A stretch of 63,435 nt of DNA, filler included, from Octopus bimaculoides (GCF_001194135.2; 3 parts of 3 records of this genome joined end to end with filler, not necessarily neighbours in it), one strand, 5' to 3'. Shown: positions 26,755-39,952, counted from the whole stretch's first letter. The notes: generated from the sequence alone by a model not told the origin. Program-made: numbers and translations.

Positions 26755-27039
26755 TAGATAAACTGTTACACCAGTGAGGCGGGTGTAACGGTCAGTCAAT
26801 GAACAAACTTTCGGAATAACCATCTCTACCTCATGGAAAATGAAAAGGGCAAGAGACCAGGAGTTTGTTTATTAATCCTCTAAGAAACAAAAGAATTTGG
26901 CCCTCGGTAATATCAAAGTACCAGAGTATGCCTATTTTTGGCAGTTCTGACAGCGTTCAGAGTTCAAATCCCAGTGATAACAAATTCAGAGCGATGGATT
27001 GTCAGAATAGCTGGCAAGGGATTTTGTTGTAATGTACTA

Positions 27040-27345
27040 GCTTAATGGTTAGAGGTATTCGGCTCACAGTCCTGAGTTCGATTCCTGACGGCGTGTTGTG
27101 TCCTTGAGCAAGACACTTTTTTTCACGTTGTTCCAGTTCACTCAGCTGGAAAAAAAATGAGTAGTACCTGTATTTCACACTCATCCTTGTCACACTCTGT
27201 GTCATGCTGAATCTCCCTGAAAACTACGTTAACGGTTCACATGTCTGCGGAGCACTCAGCCACTTACACGTTAACTTCACGAGCAGGCTGTTTGTTCTGT
27301 TGGTTAGATCGACTGGAACCTTTGCTGTCGTAACCCACGGAGTAG
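27040..27345 (+). mobile_element. SINE family D
   Basis: tRNA-like head, gtgtccttgagcaagacactt CORE-like body, and a tail shared with family C. Confidence 0.8.
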
Positions 27346-27741
27346 ACAGTACGAGCACTCTGGAACCGACCTTAAAGCCTTCATGGACCATAGTGCCACG
27401 CAGGGAGGGATTTCAACAAAAAAGAACGCACACTTGGGCAATGGTGGTGATGCAGAGAAGGGAGATTTCCATGCACATACGACTTCTAGTCTTCAGCAAA
27501 AAGGGCATTGTGCGGGACTGAGCATTTAGGGGCGGTAAAATAATTAACCCTTACTGATGAATAACTTAGAATATAGGCATGGCTGTGCAGTTAAGAAGTG
27601 CGTTTTCTAAACCACGTGGATTCGAGTCGAGGCTGACTGTGCAGGAACTGAGACAGGTGACTTCTGCAATAGACACAAACTACCAATACCTTATGAGTGA
27701 GTGTGATGTCGATGAAAACTGTATTGAAGCCAATCATATAT

Positions 27742-27841
27742 NNNNNNNNNNNNNNNNNNNNNNNNNNNNNNNNNNNNNNNNNNNNTTAATTAATTAANNN
27801 NNNNNNNNNNNNNNNNNNNNNNNNNNNNNNNNNNNNNNNNN
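27742..27841. other. Artificial 100-bp scaffold-joining spacer
   Basis: 44 N + TTAATTAATTAA + 44 N, which places stops in all six frames. An identical construct lies at 52776-52875. Confidence 0.95.
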
Positions 27842-27880
27842 ATATACACGCACACAAGCATGCACGTGTATTTATCATAA

Positions 27881-27942
<62 letters not shown>

Positions 27943-29636
27943 ATGTGTTTGTGTGTGTATATGTGAGTGTCTATATATTATATATATGTATATTCGTATG
28001 TATGTATGCATATATACACTTATAGACATACATATATACATACATACGTACATATGTTTTTAACCTGGTTGGGTATGTTAGTATGTAACTCTATGAATCT
28101 CTTTTCTTTAAGAACACAATTGTTGGTAAAAATGTGCCTTTTGTAATGTAACCATAGGTTTGCTTAGATAACGATCACCTTTTGAACACATATATTATTT
28201 CAAAAGAGAATTCTATTTTGAAATTTCCTATCCTCTCATGTTCGACTACGATTTAAGGGGCTGGAAGAATGATAAGCAGCTGGAATTCAAATGTTTTATC
28301 TGAAGGTATAATTTCAGGTCGTTTCTTGAAATAATCACAGTAAATTTCGCTACCCATTGATATGTTCCCATTTCTGATAACCGCATATTGAAGAAGAAAG
28401 GCTCCAGGCCACCAATTCCAGTTGATTTGCTCACTTGTTTATGGAACAGAGAGATTACTGCTAGAGAAGCCTTCTAACCAGTGTGTAATTGACCACGAAG
28501 TTTCTACTCTGTCCTTGTACTCTATGATCTGTTCTACACGCCAGTGAACACTGCAGCATATTATTACTTCTATGCTCCCTTGTCGGTATTACTACATCTT
28601 CTAGCAATAAATCAATAAACATCTTCTTCATCTAATATCATTCGTTAGACCTAAGGAGATTGAGCCGATATTTTGTTATCTTGTCTTGCAATGGTATTTC
28701 ATATTGATCTATCATCTCAACGCTTAAACTTCAAATAACAATGCAATTTTAAAGATTGATTTATCCTCACTGCATTTCAAATTCGCAAAGTCATCAGGGT
28801 TAGTTTTTCAAATATGCCTCTTGTTTTCTTTTTTTCTATATGTGCTTCAATAAATACATTTTTTATTCTTTTTACATTGCAACTTCCTATGACCATTTTA
28901 TTATGAACGAAGTAAGTCAGTCATAACAATTGCTTTAAGCTACTGATAGAATTATTATATAGTGACGTTGCTGAGGATGAAAGCTATCTGTAAATCTGTA
29001 GTGTGTTACACAAGTCATAATACCGACATATTAGTAATTTGATATAAAGATATATAAACATAACTTTGATATGCAGCTTATCAGTCTAATTGATTGTAAA
29101 AATGTGAGCTTAGAGACAGGTCATGCTTAAAACACCAACAGTCACTCCCATGGAAAATCTAGCCATTGTAAATATTGACTGTTTTGAAAACAACGGATCA
29201 GGTATTTTACAGTAGTTGTTTATTCCAGTTTACTCTGGCAGAGAAGACATCATTAAAGACGTTACCTCCATGAGAGTAATATTTGTTGTGCGGAGGTGAT
29301 ATAGCTAGCACCACTGCTAAATCTAACGAGGCTGACATTTTTAATCACTCTCAAAAAGCCCAAAAGAAGTAGAGGGCAAGATTCCTGACTCGGTAGGGCA
29401 GCAGGAATTATATACGAGTTATCCTTCCTATAGTGAGATGAGATTCCTTAGCGAAGACCAGAGTCCCTAACTCTCAATCGGCCTGCTGCGTCCCCAGATA
29501 CTAATCCGAGTATTTATAAGTCATGTCACTTATATATATATATGAAGTAGAGGAAAATGCTAGGCAGTTAACCAAATTCCCGAACATATAAATGAAAATA
29601 TTCAATCAATGTAATTTAATGCTTTCTATAACATAC

Positions 29637-29670
<34 letters not shown>

Positions 29671-29731
29671 NNNNNNNNNNCGTGGTAAAAATTAATACGT
29701 GAGGATCAGTTAATTATGATTTTATTCTAGG

Positions 29732-30450
29732 CTAGCAGATATACCTGGCATTGCCAGGGTTAAAGAGAATAATGACATTTAAAAACGCCGTCTAGATTAC
29801 GCCCGTCTCAGCTGCTAATAGCTGAGATACCAACTTTCTACATTAATAACTCTCCAACACACGCCAGCATGGAACATAGACGTTAAGTGAAATCTTAAAA
29901 GAAAGTTTTCAACTCATATGTATATAAAGTAATTACACGTAATTCAGAAACACGTCTTGTGTAGCTTATTTCGTAACCAAAGAACAGGTAGAGATTATAA
30001 ACAATGAAAGGCCGATTTTGGTGATTCTTTTGAGGTAGCAGAAAGCCAATTCGATGATAAATCTAACCTTGGATCTGGAAAGTTTGCATAAATCCTAACC
30101 CAGTTAAATCTCTTGTGGCTCCAAATGATGTCATCTATAGTGCAGCGTTGTATTGCCTAATTTTGTTTTCGAAGTGCTTGGAATCTTGATCAGTTGATGA
30201 CAACAGTTTCTTCAATGGCTCTGGAGGTTGGGTGATTGCAGGGAATTTAACCTTTCCACCACTGCAACACAGCGCAGCTCTCCAGGCCACTTCGTTGCTT
30301 TAGATGCTCTGGCTTTTGTATTGCACAGTCTGTTCATTACTGGGTATGCTTCCCTTTCTGCAGCTCTCTCTCTATTTCTCTGGACAGAGTCATTCTTTCG
30401 GGTGACCATTGTCGAAAAATTTGACACTTTTCTTCTAGGCATGGTTATAT
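29732..30450 (-). mobile_element. Internally deleted Helitron: decayed N-terminal Rep coding region plus 3' hairpin-CTAG terminus
   Basis: Across frameshifts the minus strand reads MPRRKVSN...KWPGE / CCSGGKVKFPAITQPPEPLKKLLSSTDQDSKHFENKIRQYNAAL*MTSFGA...GFMQTFQIQG*IYHRIGFLLP. The 3' end is cctggc-aat-gccagg, 8 nt, then CTAG (29732-29758). The 5' terminus was not located. Confidence 0.85.
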
Positions 30451-32868
30451 ACGTTCACAGAAATATTCACGGGTGCAGAAGATAGTAAACAATGAGAATA
30501 ACTGGGTAACGGACATTATAATTCTTAATAGGACGGGCAGAAAGTAAATAAGAATTTTTTACGGAAAATACAGAACTGTACGGGTTGAAGCGAAATTTGC
30601 CACTTACCGAACGAAAGAACCAGTATCGAGGGAACCAGAAAAAGCCGTTAACAAGAGGAAAACACAAAAGCGTAACAAAAGTAAATAAGAAACTTTTAGG
30701 GAAATTAACTAAGGTGGTGTGGTACAATGTTTCAAGTATTGTGCACTCCACTGTGGCGTTTATCGGAAACTTAAATGGTCCAGATACCATCTCTTGCAAC
30801 ACTTACCAGTAAACAGGCTAAGTGCAGATACATATTTTAATTATTTTATCTCATTCCAACAAATGGCTTCAGATACCAGCTATCGAATCAATGTATCGAT
30901 ATAACTTGCCATATTTTGAGTGATATTTCAAGAATTATGTCATGCAAGTGTGTCAGTCGACTGAAATGGGATGAATGGTCTACAAAGCGTTATTTATTTA
31001 CTGTGTACAGCATTAGACTTAAACCAGCATTAGACCAAGTGAGGGACTGTCTTTACGTATTCCTTTTGTTCACACTAATTTCATAATATATTTTAATTTC
31101 TTCTTATTCAATATGCTTTGGTGTAAATATGTAAGAGAATATTAACCAATTTGCTACTCTTTTAAAAGATTATAGAAATCTGATAAAATACAAGTAGCAA
31201 GTGTTGTAAATGCGGGAGGAAAAGTATATCTTCAATTTGCTGAATATGTTTCCTTCATCACAAAAGCTATGTTAACTAACGCCCAGTTGAAGTGTAGTTT
31301 ATCGTCGGGTAAACGTAAATTTGATTTAGGTTGTTTTTTTTTTCCTAGAAATTTATCAAACTCATGTTCTGCACGAATATATAGTTAAATGAAGCTTAAC
31401 ATTCTTATGGTGAGAGAGTAAAGCACACCATCTTATCAATTGAAATTTTAACCATATTAAGACGAAATGTTATCAACCTGAATAAAAATTCCCCCCAACA
31501 GGGGCAAGGGAGAGAACTCCCGTCATTTCAATTGACCAAATATTAATTTCATATATGCAGAGAGTATAACCTGACACTTTGAAGACATTTAGATGCAAAC
31601 TACTTTAATTAAGGTGTGAGATAAAAATAAATTTTTAGAAAGTGAATTGAACAAAAATTAATTCGTGACGTAAAGAAGCGGATTCATTTAGAGTTACAGT
31701 AACAATGATGACAACGCTAGAGATAGTTACCGTTCTATTTAATCTCTAATCCTACGCATAGGCCATACACTGATAAGCATTATTTTATTTTAATGAATTA
31801 GTGAATCATTTATTTGCATGGCTTTATGTATTAATCTTCATAAGATCTCGGTAGCTTTGACAGGATTACGTTCATCTGAGGATGGTTAAGAAACTCAAAG
31901 CAAGTAAGAATTTACCACCATACCATCTAAAGACTTAACTCACTCATTATTTTCCTGTATGTCTTTCATTGATTTCTTATCTATTAAAATTTAATTTGAT
32001 CTCTCCCTTGTACGTCATTAGGGGTAAGTTTCTTTATCGCTTATAAATATCCCCACATTACTGCTTTCATTGATTAGTGTTTATTTCCGGTTTATGAAAG
32101 GTAGAGTCATTGAAAGTTGAGCTGTCATATAGTACCTTGCAGAGAAGAAGTATCAATATAGGTTTTAAATTTTGGCACAAGTCTAGCAATTTCGCGGGAA
32201 GGAAATCGCTGACCGTGTACCAAAAATGTTCGGGGTCGATAAATTAAGTAGCAGTTTCGTACTGGGGTCGATCTAATTGACTGTTCCCATCCCCCAAATA
32301 TTCGGGCCTTGTGCCTAGAGTAGAAACGAATATTAAAGTGTTGTAACTTATATTCCGGTCTCATTAGACCCAAAGTGCTGTGATATACCAGACATAACAA
32401 ACAAGTCTTAGAGACATAACGTGTGGAATTTGAAGGTGCAGACTTCCTGGGTGTCGTTATGAACGTCTAGCCAATGTTTATAGAACTAGTCTCTCAGACT
32501 ATGACCGGTTTTGTACACGTATCGGCCATCTCAGCGGCCATCTCATACCTCAGAGGGTGAAAAGAACACTATACACAGAAAGGCTATAGACTAAATAGTC
32601 AATCACGTTGATAACAAATTTTGTCTGCTGGTGAAAAGTTTACAGACGAGAAGGGATGCAGATTTTTATAAGTTTGTTAAGGAGGCGGCTCGGAAAAGTT
32701 AGGCGTCTTGAGACTGAAATAAAGCGGAAAGAGAGTACGGAATGGAAGAGGAGTAAATTGGAAGATGGAGGAGTTTTCATGACATAAACATGGCATCACG
32801 ATTAATGGATTGGGTTTACTGGAGGGCAGCATCCGTGACAGGCTGAAAGTACCCGCATATCTTCTCTT

Positions 32869-32919
<51 letters not shown>

Positions 32920-33190
32920 CTCCTCTGTCTATCTCTGTCTGTCTGTCTCGCGCTCTTTCTGCATGTCTCTGTCTGTCTCTGTTTTTGTCTCTGTTTCTGT
33001 CGCTGTCTCTGTCTGTCTCTCCCCCTCTCTCTCTCTCTCTTCATAAAAGAACTCATTGATGGTATCTGTAAAATCCTCTGCTGATAAATTTCACTTGATG
33101 TTTAGGTGTTACCGTCCCATTCTAAATCTTGAATACTTTTCTTCTGGAAGTAGAGCTTATATAGAAATGACCCTAGCAACAAACAGGTTT

Positions 33191-33657
33191 TGGTACTCTT
33201 TGGTTATCTCACCCCCATTAAAAAATTGGGTTATCTTCCCAAGTTTTATGAGAAATATCGGTACCTTTGGTTATCTCCCTCATCTTAAAAAAATGTTTAA
33301 ACCTCAATAACACAAAAAAACTAATAAAAGTGAAAAGATGAAACATGCTGAATCTGATAATATTTTAATAACAAATAATACAAAACTGAAAAATTGATAA
33401 ACGTGAAAACTGAAACAAATTAATAAACACGAAAACGGAAAAAAGATTGAACATTTTACTGAATCTGATAACATTTTTATAACAAATCATACCATTCCTA
33501 AAGAGGAGGCCAAACGTCAACAATGTGTTGAAGTATTAAATCAAAGGATCCAACTCTTTTAATCCAATCTTTTGTCACATAAACCCAATTTTGGGTGAGA
33601 TAAACCAGTTTTATAATTCCGATTTTTTAATGCGGGTGAGATAACCAAAAAGTACCC
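33191..33657. mobile_element. MITE with ~38-bp terminal inverted repeats
   Basis: Left end ggtactctttggttatctcacccccattaaaaaattgg; the right end reverse-complements to ggtactttttggttatctcacccgcattaaaaaatcgg. AT-rich interior. No matching TSD seen. Confidence 0.8.
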
Positions 33658-35136
33658 AGAATTTATGTGTCTACGTTTTCGCCTTTTCCGATCCACCACC
33701 AGCACCGTTACAATCACCATCATCACCAATTATACGTTTTCCATTAAGTACAACATTGAGATACTTACAAAGCCTCTAAAAAGTCATATACTCGCTGAGA
33801 CATTTTGTCAGTTCTCAGTAGTACTTAAGATGTTATGACACATTGAATAATATGTCATAGCGCCTGAAAATCTAAGACGGTTATATGTAATTAGGTAAGG
33901 TTGTAAATATAAAGCAAGACAGAGCTACTGAAGGACATAAGCAATAATTTCTAATTTAGGCACAAGACAAGCAATTTGGAAACGGATTAATCGATGAAAT
34001 GGACAAAAGAATTTGAATGGTACTGTATTTCATTAACTGCCAATGGATGAAAGATGAAAATAACATCGAAATGAAGAATTATTTCGGCATTAATGTTATT
34101 GCATCCATATGCAAAACACACTCCTATAGTTACCATTTGTTTACTATTTGTGTGAAATTTGCTCGTGTTTTGAGATAGAATACTTTAAACTAGAGTTAAC
34201 AACTAGATATAAACCTTTTCGTAACAGTAATGTTGATGCATTTATGATGTTTAGTAATCTTTGTTCTGTTTCTCACGAAATTTTATTTTTATGCGAAAAC
34301 CGGCCACGTACTGTGAGTTTTGTTCCTGGGTTGTATGGATACTGCTTCCGTGATGAATAAATATTCACTAGCTTCTGTTTATTATTTGATTAAATTGGAT
34401 AGGAGCTGTCATGTTACATAAATCTCTGTAGGTTTAATAAAAATAATATATATATTGTCATATCCACTGTACACCTATGAATACATCGCCTTCATGTTTG
34501 GGAAGTAATACGATTCGCTATACCAAAATTTGTCAACGGATGCCTATATAATGTAAATTTATGTAACCTGTATTGATGCATGATGTTGTTTAGACTAACG
34601 CAATGTTAAATGCAGGTTTTGATGAAACTGTAGGCCGAAATATTGAGTAGATTGTCTTTTCACAGTTTCGTTGTGTTCTTATAACTCTGAATACCACATG
34701 CAATTTTATATACTACCGTTGTACCGCATTCAATTAGAGATTTATTCTGATTTATCACGACAGCAGAAAATTCCTTTGGGATAGCATAATACTCCTTCAC
34801 AAATCTAGAAATATAATGATGGATAAAATTATAGGTGATAATTTAAACAGAGAAAGTAAGCAAAGCGAAATCGATTTATGTATTGTTTGTAAACGACTTA
34901 AACTTGGTTGTTAAGCAACGGGTTTCTTTGTGTCCGTGTGTAGTATTTTTCTCTTACCGAGCGTGTGATGTGGTGGCTGGTAAAACGCTTCTTTCTTTAC
35001 GTTAATTTTGTTATCAAAGCATTGAGTAAATACTTGGAATAATGGGAACAGTCAGTTATACTTACTTCTATCACCAAGAATGAACACATTCGTTATTAAA
35101 ATAACTGAATTCCTGAATATATTGATCAGTTTCTAC

Positions 35137-35272
35137 CAGGGAAGGTCTGAGGCGTCAGTCAATCGGGCACTGCGCGAGGCCCGGAGCTCTGAGCGGTCCG
35201 CATTCTACATGTTAACTTATCAATGCTAAACAGTTATGTCCGAGGGCCCTTAATACTCTAAGTTCGCCCCTG
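35137..35272. mobile_element. Small decayed GC-rich MITE (CAGGG...CCCTG ends)
   Basis: A GC-rich island in AT-rich DNA with short inverted ends. The 8-bp flanks gtttctac and ccttccac match at 5 of 8 positions. Confidence 0.4.
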
Positions 35273-36536
35273 CCTTCCACTCATATTTAGAGCACTCCAT
35301 CATAATGCAGTGGTTTAACGAGGAAGCTTCTGTGCGATGGTCCAATCTGCTTAAATTAATAACCAATTTTCCCTGAAAGCATTCTTATTCTTAATAAACA
35401 ATGGATTTCGATTAGATAAAGTAGTACCAGATATATCATGTCTAAATGAAAGATAAGTGTTATGGTTGGTTTATCTTGAATCGCAGCACTGATGGATCAG
35501 GATTGTCATAGAACTAGAGCAACAAACACGTCTAAAACAATACTGCTGTTGTTGCTTATTCTCACTTGGTCCTACATGAAAAGGCCTATATGATTGGCGC
35601 TTTTGCAATGATCATATCCATATATTACTGTTATAGTGTACTCTGTGCTACAATATACAATGTGCTCATTTTTTAATGATGTCATGGTATATTCAAGGTA
35701 ATATGGATACTAATTGAAGCAGATAATGCAAACGAGGAAATGCTTCCTTGTTGGCTCGGGGACGTATTGAAAGTAAACATTCATGTCATTATGAAAACCA
35801 TGTTTTTTTATAAGAAAATTTCAACGAAAACATTACCGTAGTAACAACGTCTTCTACCTTTCTTATATGTTTTCTAAGATTCAGATAAATAATACTTAAC
35901 TACATGTAGTTTACTTATTTTTGATTTAAAAAAAAAACATAGTAAGGTACCTTATTTCATTGATCTTTCTCCTTGGCATATTGACGAGAATTTAGCAGTC
36001 AGTTAATGGTTGGATGAACAATTAAATGAGTCTTTATCGGTGAAATGTTTACGCCAACGGCAGGCAAACAATTGAGTGGAAATTCAACATAAGAAGCTTA
36101 AAGCTTTGACTGCATTTCCTTTAAATTTATCGATATTTCTACTAATCTAGCAGAACCCTAATTATTCAGTTTGCTCATCGAGAAATTTGAAGCTAAAACC
36201 ATATGACATTTTACGCCCTATCAACTGATTTACAGATCTTTGTAGCAGATCAAATATATTTGTTTAATCATTCGTTTCTACAGCTTTCTTTCATTCGGTT
36301 CCTTTTCATTCTTTCTGCATTACTTTTTTCTTTCTCCCTGATTTCGTCCTTACTAATTTCTTTCATCACATATTTCGTTCGTACAAATCGGCCCCGTGCG
36401 GTTGAATGGCTCGTTCAGCACATACATTTCTTTCGCCATTATTCGAGATAACTCATTCTCAATTTTGGCAGCTGAGACCATGAAATATTTCCATGACACT
36501 CTATAAAAAAGATCTCTCCTTCTCTCATTTCTCTCC

Positions 36537-36580
<44 letters not shown>

Positions 36581-37257
36581 GTATATATATATATATATAC
36601 ATATATATNNNNNNNNNNNNNNNNNNNNNNNNNNNNNNNNNNNNNNNNNNNNNNNNNNNNNNNNNNNNNNNNNNNNNNNNNNNNNNNNNNNNNNNNNNNN
36701 NNNNNNNNNNNNNNNNNNNNNNNNNNNNNNNNNNNNNNNNNNNNNNNNNNNNNNNNNNNNNNNNNNNNNNNNNNNNNNNNNNNNNNNNNNNNNNNNNNNN
36801 NNNNNNNNNNNNNNNNNNNNNNNNNNNNNNNNNNNNNNNNNNNNNNNNNNNNNNNNNNNNNNNNNNNNNNNNNNNNNNNNNNNNNNNNNNNNNNNNNNNN
36901 NNNNNNNNNNNNNNNNNNNNNNNNNNNNNNNNNNNNNNNNNNNNNNNNNNNNNNNNNNNNNNNNNNNNNNNNNNNNNNNNNNNNNNNNNNNNNNNNNNNN
37001 NNNNNNNNNNNNNNNNNNNNNNNNNNNNNNNNNNNNNNNNNNNNNNNNNNNNNNNNNNNNNNNNNNNNNNNNNNNNNNNNNNNNNNNNNNNNNNNNNNNN
37101 NNNNNNNNNNNNNNNNNNNNNNNNNNNNNNNNNNNNNNNNNNNNNNNNNNNNNNNNNNNNNNNNNNNNNNNNNNNNNNNNNNNNNNNNNNNNNNNNNNNN
37201 NNNNNNNNNNNNNNNNNNNNNNNNNNNNNNNNNNNNNNNNNNNNNNNNNNNNNNTAT

Positions 37258-37297
<40 letters not shown>

Positions 37298-37304
<7 letters not shown>

Positions 37305-37470
37305 CAGAAGGGTAAAGAATTGGATATTAGTTAATATCAAATTAATACCAGGGAACAAGCACGTTAAAAGAATCAAGGAGATTCAGAAAAAATATCTGAG
37401 ATATTCGGTCTTAGTAGACACATTATATGAGATCTTCTTGTAGCACATTAACAGTCCACCTAGTGGTCTC
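37298..37470 (+). repeat. Short element flanked by (TA)n on both sides
   Basis: The first ~60 bp match the reverse complement of 3804-3865, which is also embedded in (TA)n. Confidence 0.6.
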
Positions 37471-37599
37471 CTTTATATATATATATATATGATGGAGAAA
37501 TGATACAAAATGGATAAATGGATGATGAGGAAAGCACCGGCACAGTTTCGATTACCTGTTGTTATCCGTAGATTTACTGTAGGAACTTCCTAATGGCGG

Positions 37600-37679
37600 T
37601 TGAGGTAACTGTATTAATAAAAGAGATGGAATGTGTAATAGAGTTTATTGGGTACAACACGTTTCGATATAGACAGATG

Positions 37680-37720
<41 letters not shown>

Positions 37721-39300
37721 CGTCAGTATATCGTATATCGTAAAAAGAAACACACTCTAAAGCATACAACAATAAAGCATTTATATGCAGATAGGTATAT
37801 GTCCTATGATAGAGTGACCAATGGTTTCACAGCCATATAAGGCATAGCCTTATAAACAACACGACAGACTCTAATGGCGAAGGCCATAGAGTTCTTCAAA
37901 ATTCGGCGGTGTAAATCCCTTACGGTCAGTTTGTTAGTTAGTAAGTAAACAAAGAATAAACAATCCGGGTCAGTGAGGTCAGGTCATCTCTCTTATCCCA
38001 GTCCATATAGGCTAGAAAGGCAAATGGAGAACTCTGCTCTTAGATTGCTCTTAGCTCCAATCTAATCGATGAATGGGGAATCCCATATTTGCAGTGCGTA
38101 GCGTTTGAAATAGATGCAGGGACTATAAATTTAGTGCCAGGTATTTAATAATATAGCTACCTTCCAGCATCTGCTCCCGTTAATATAATGAGCCCGGCCG
38201 CTCTAGGATCCTCCTCTTGATATATGGAGTCCCTTCATCTGTAAGGTTCTACAGGTGAGTTGCTAGGGATGTGACGAATAATCTTTTCGGAATCCTGAAA
38301 GAAGAACTGTGATTGTACTGGCGCCGCTTGAAGGTATTTCCGGCTGATCCGATATATTTCCGGACTTGAGTGTTGGTTGTGTTCACAGTTGCTGCTGCTG
38401 TTACTGGAGCTGCTATCAGTGCGGTTATTACGGTGCATGGGTCTGGCGATATCCCTGTGGCTGTTGGTGTGGTCATCTCCTGTCGTAGCGCAGGTGTTGG
38501 AGTCGTTGGCGTCGATGCTGGTGTCGTTGCTGCCGTTGCCGTCAATGTTGTTGGATGAGCCGTTGCTGCTATTATTACAGTCGGCTACCCCCAAAGCCTC
38601 ATAAATGACTCCCTCAGCCTCTCATTGCATCCCCCACTGGGCAGTCCTTGTACTCCCAGCATGAGCAACCGGCCAACTCAAGCGCTTTATGACTTTTTCG
38701 AACATACTTTTTATGTTATGGTGCGCAGCTAAAGGAAACCCATAGGCTGTGCCTATTGAGCAAACATCCGTACCAGGTACAAATATATATCTCAGTTCAT
38801 GGAGATAAGCTGCAGTTCTAGGTGAAGAAAAAAACTGAACCCGGGCGCCTTGCACCTAGGATGTCGTCAGACGCTCACCGTCCTCTACCAGCCGGGCTAT
38901 GGCACCCTTGGATATTGCATTTTATCAATCTATAAAGGATTATTGGCGGGAGTGTGTGATGATGTTCTCTTGGAGATTCTAGTTGCCGACATAAATGAAA
39001 TGGCTAGCTTTTTCCGGGGTCTTTCCGTGCGAGGACTGCAATAAATAATTTGTGGTCTGGCAGTGCTACAAATGGGTGCTTCAGGTTCGATGTAAACTCT
39101 CCAGGCACGGATGTGCTGTGAAACGGGCCTTACCAGATTGCGTTCTTTGCGCATTCGTTCAGTACTCGAGCATTGCTAACTTCTGCAATTAAGTAGAATA
39201 GTTACTGTCGCGTGTGGGACAGATATGACTGTTGGCTGAATCCATTATGGGGATTTCTTCGCCGTCCAATTTTAATCGGCTAGGTATGAGTGATTTTTCT
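37600..39300 (-). mobile_element. Decayed Penelope-like retroelement: linker, CxC-x5-C motif, GIY-YIG endonuclease, and 3' pseudo-LTR with hammerhead-like motif and AATAAA
   Basis: Across frameshifts the minus strand reads NRHSLWVSFSC...GCSCWEYKDCP (38641-38667), GVIYEA (GVIY at 38601-38612), KYIGSAGNTFKRRQYNHSSSF...TSLATHL*NLTDEGTPYIKRRIL (YIG at 38348-38356). The terminus CTGACGA...GAAACGTG...AATAAA lies at ~37645-37726. The 5' boundary is uncertain. Confidence 0.8.
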
Positions 39301-39819
39301 TTGTCTGGTGGCTAAGGTGAAAGAGATTGTCTAGTGTACTAAGTTGGAAGGCATGATGACAGAGATATTTGCTTTTGTCAGAAGCCTCATCGATTTTTTT
39401 CATATTTCACTTGGAAAAGAAGGTGAGGGTAGAGATGAGGAAGTAAACCTGATTGAACTTATTGAAAGGTGATTGAAAGGGGTTCAAATGTCAAGAGTGG
39501 ATTGCACTGCATTCGAGCGGGCTTTGGAGAAGAAATTGGAGAGGGTATTCAAAAAGGACTGGAAAGGGCACTTGCTCTTGGTTTTTAGAGAGATCTTGTA
39601 TTGTGAGAGTCCTTCGATTGGCTCTAGATATTCTTCTGTATCAGGAGAATCACATCCCTATAACTTTTAGTTACAAATGTGTGGTATGTATACTTTTGTT
39701 TATACTGCATACCATGCAGACATTTTTTACTATTCTTATAATTTCATTGTGTAAATGCTCGCACTATATCTGTCTTTGTATAGTCCCCACCTCATCCTTC
39801 ACTCTGATGGACAGTAATA

Positions 39820-39917
39820 GAAATCATCATCAGCAGCATCATCAGCATCATCACCATCATCATCATTACCGTCGTCGCCGTGGTCGTCATCATCACCAAC
39901 ATCATCATCATCATCAT

Positions 39918-39952
<35 letters not shown>

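Noticed and set aside
28246-28434. Short minus-strand ORF in unique sequence
   Set aside because: No recognisable motif or splice support.
32500-32555. Degenerate ctgag...aaaaccggtc hammerhead-like motif on the minus strand
   Set aside because: Core positions are missing and neither stem I nor stem II forms.
38700-39150. Apparent RT-core motifs (GTAYGFPL, IDKMQYPRVP) or gag zinc knuckles in alternate frames
   Set aside because: They conflict with the better-supported linker/CxC/GIY-YIG reading immediately downstream.
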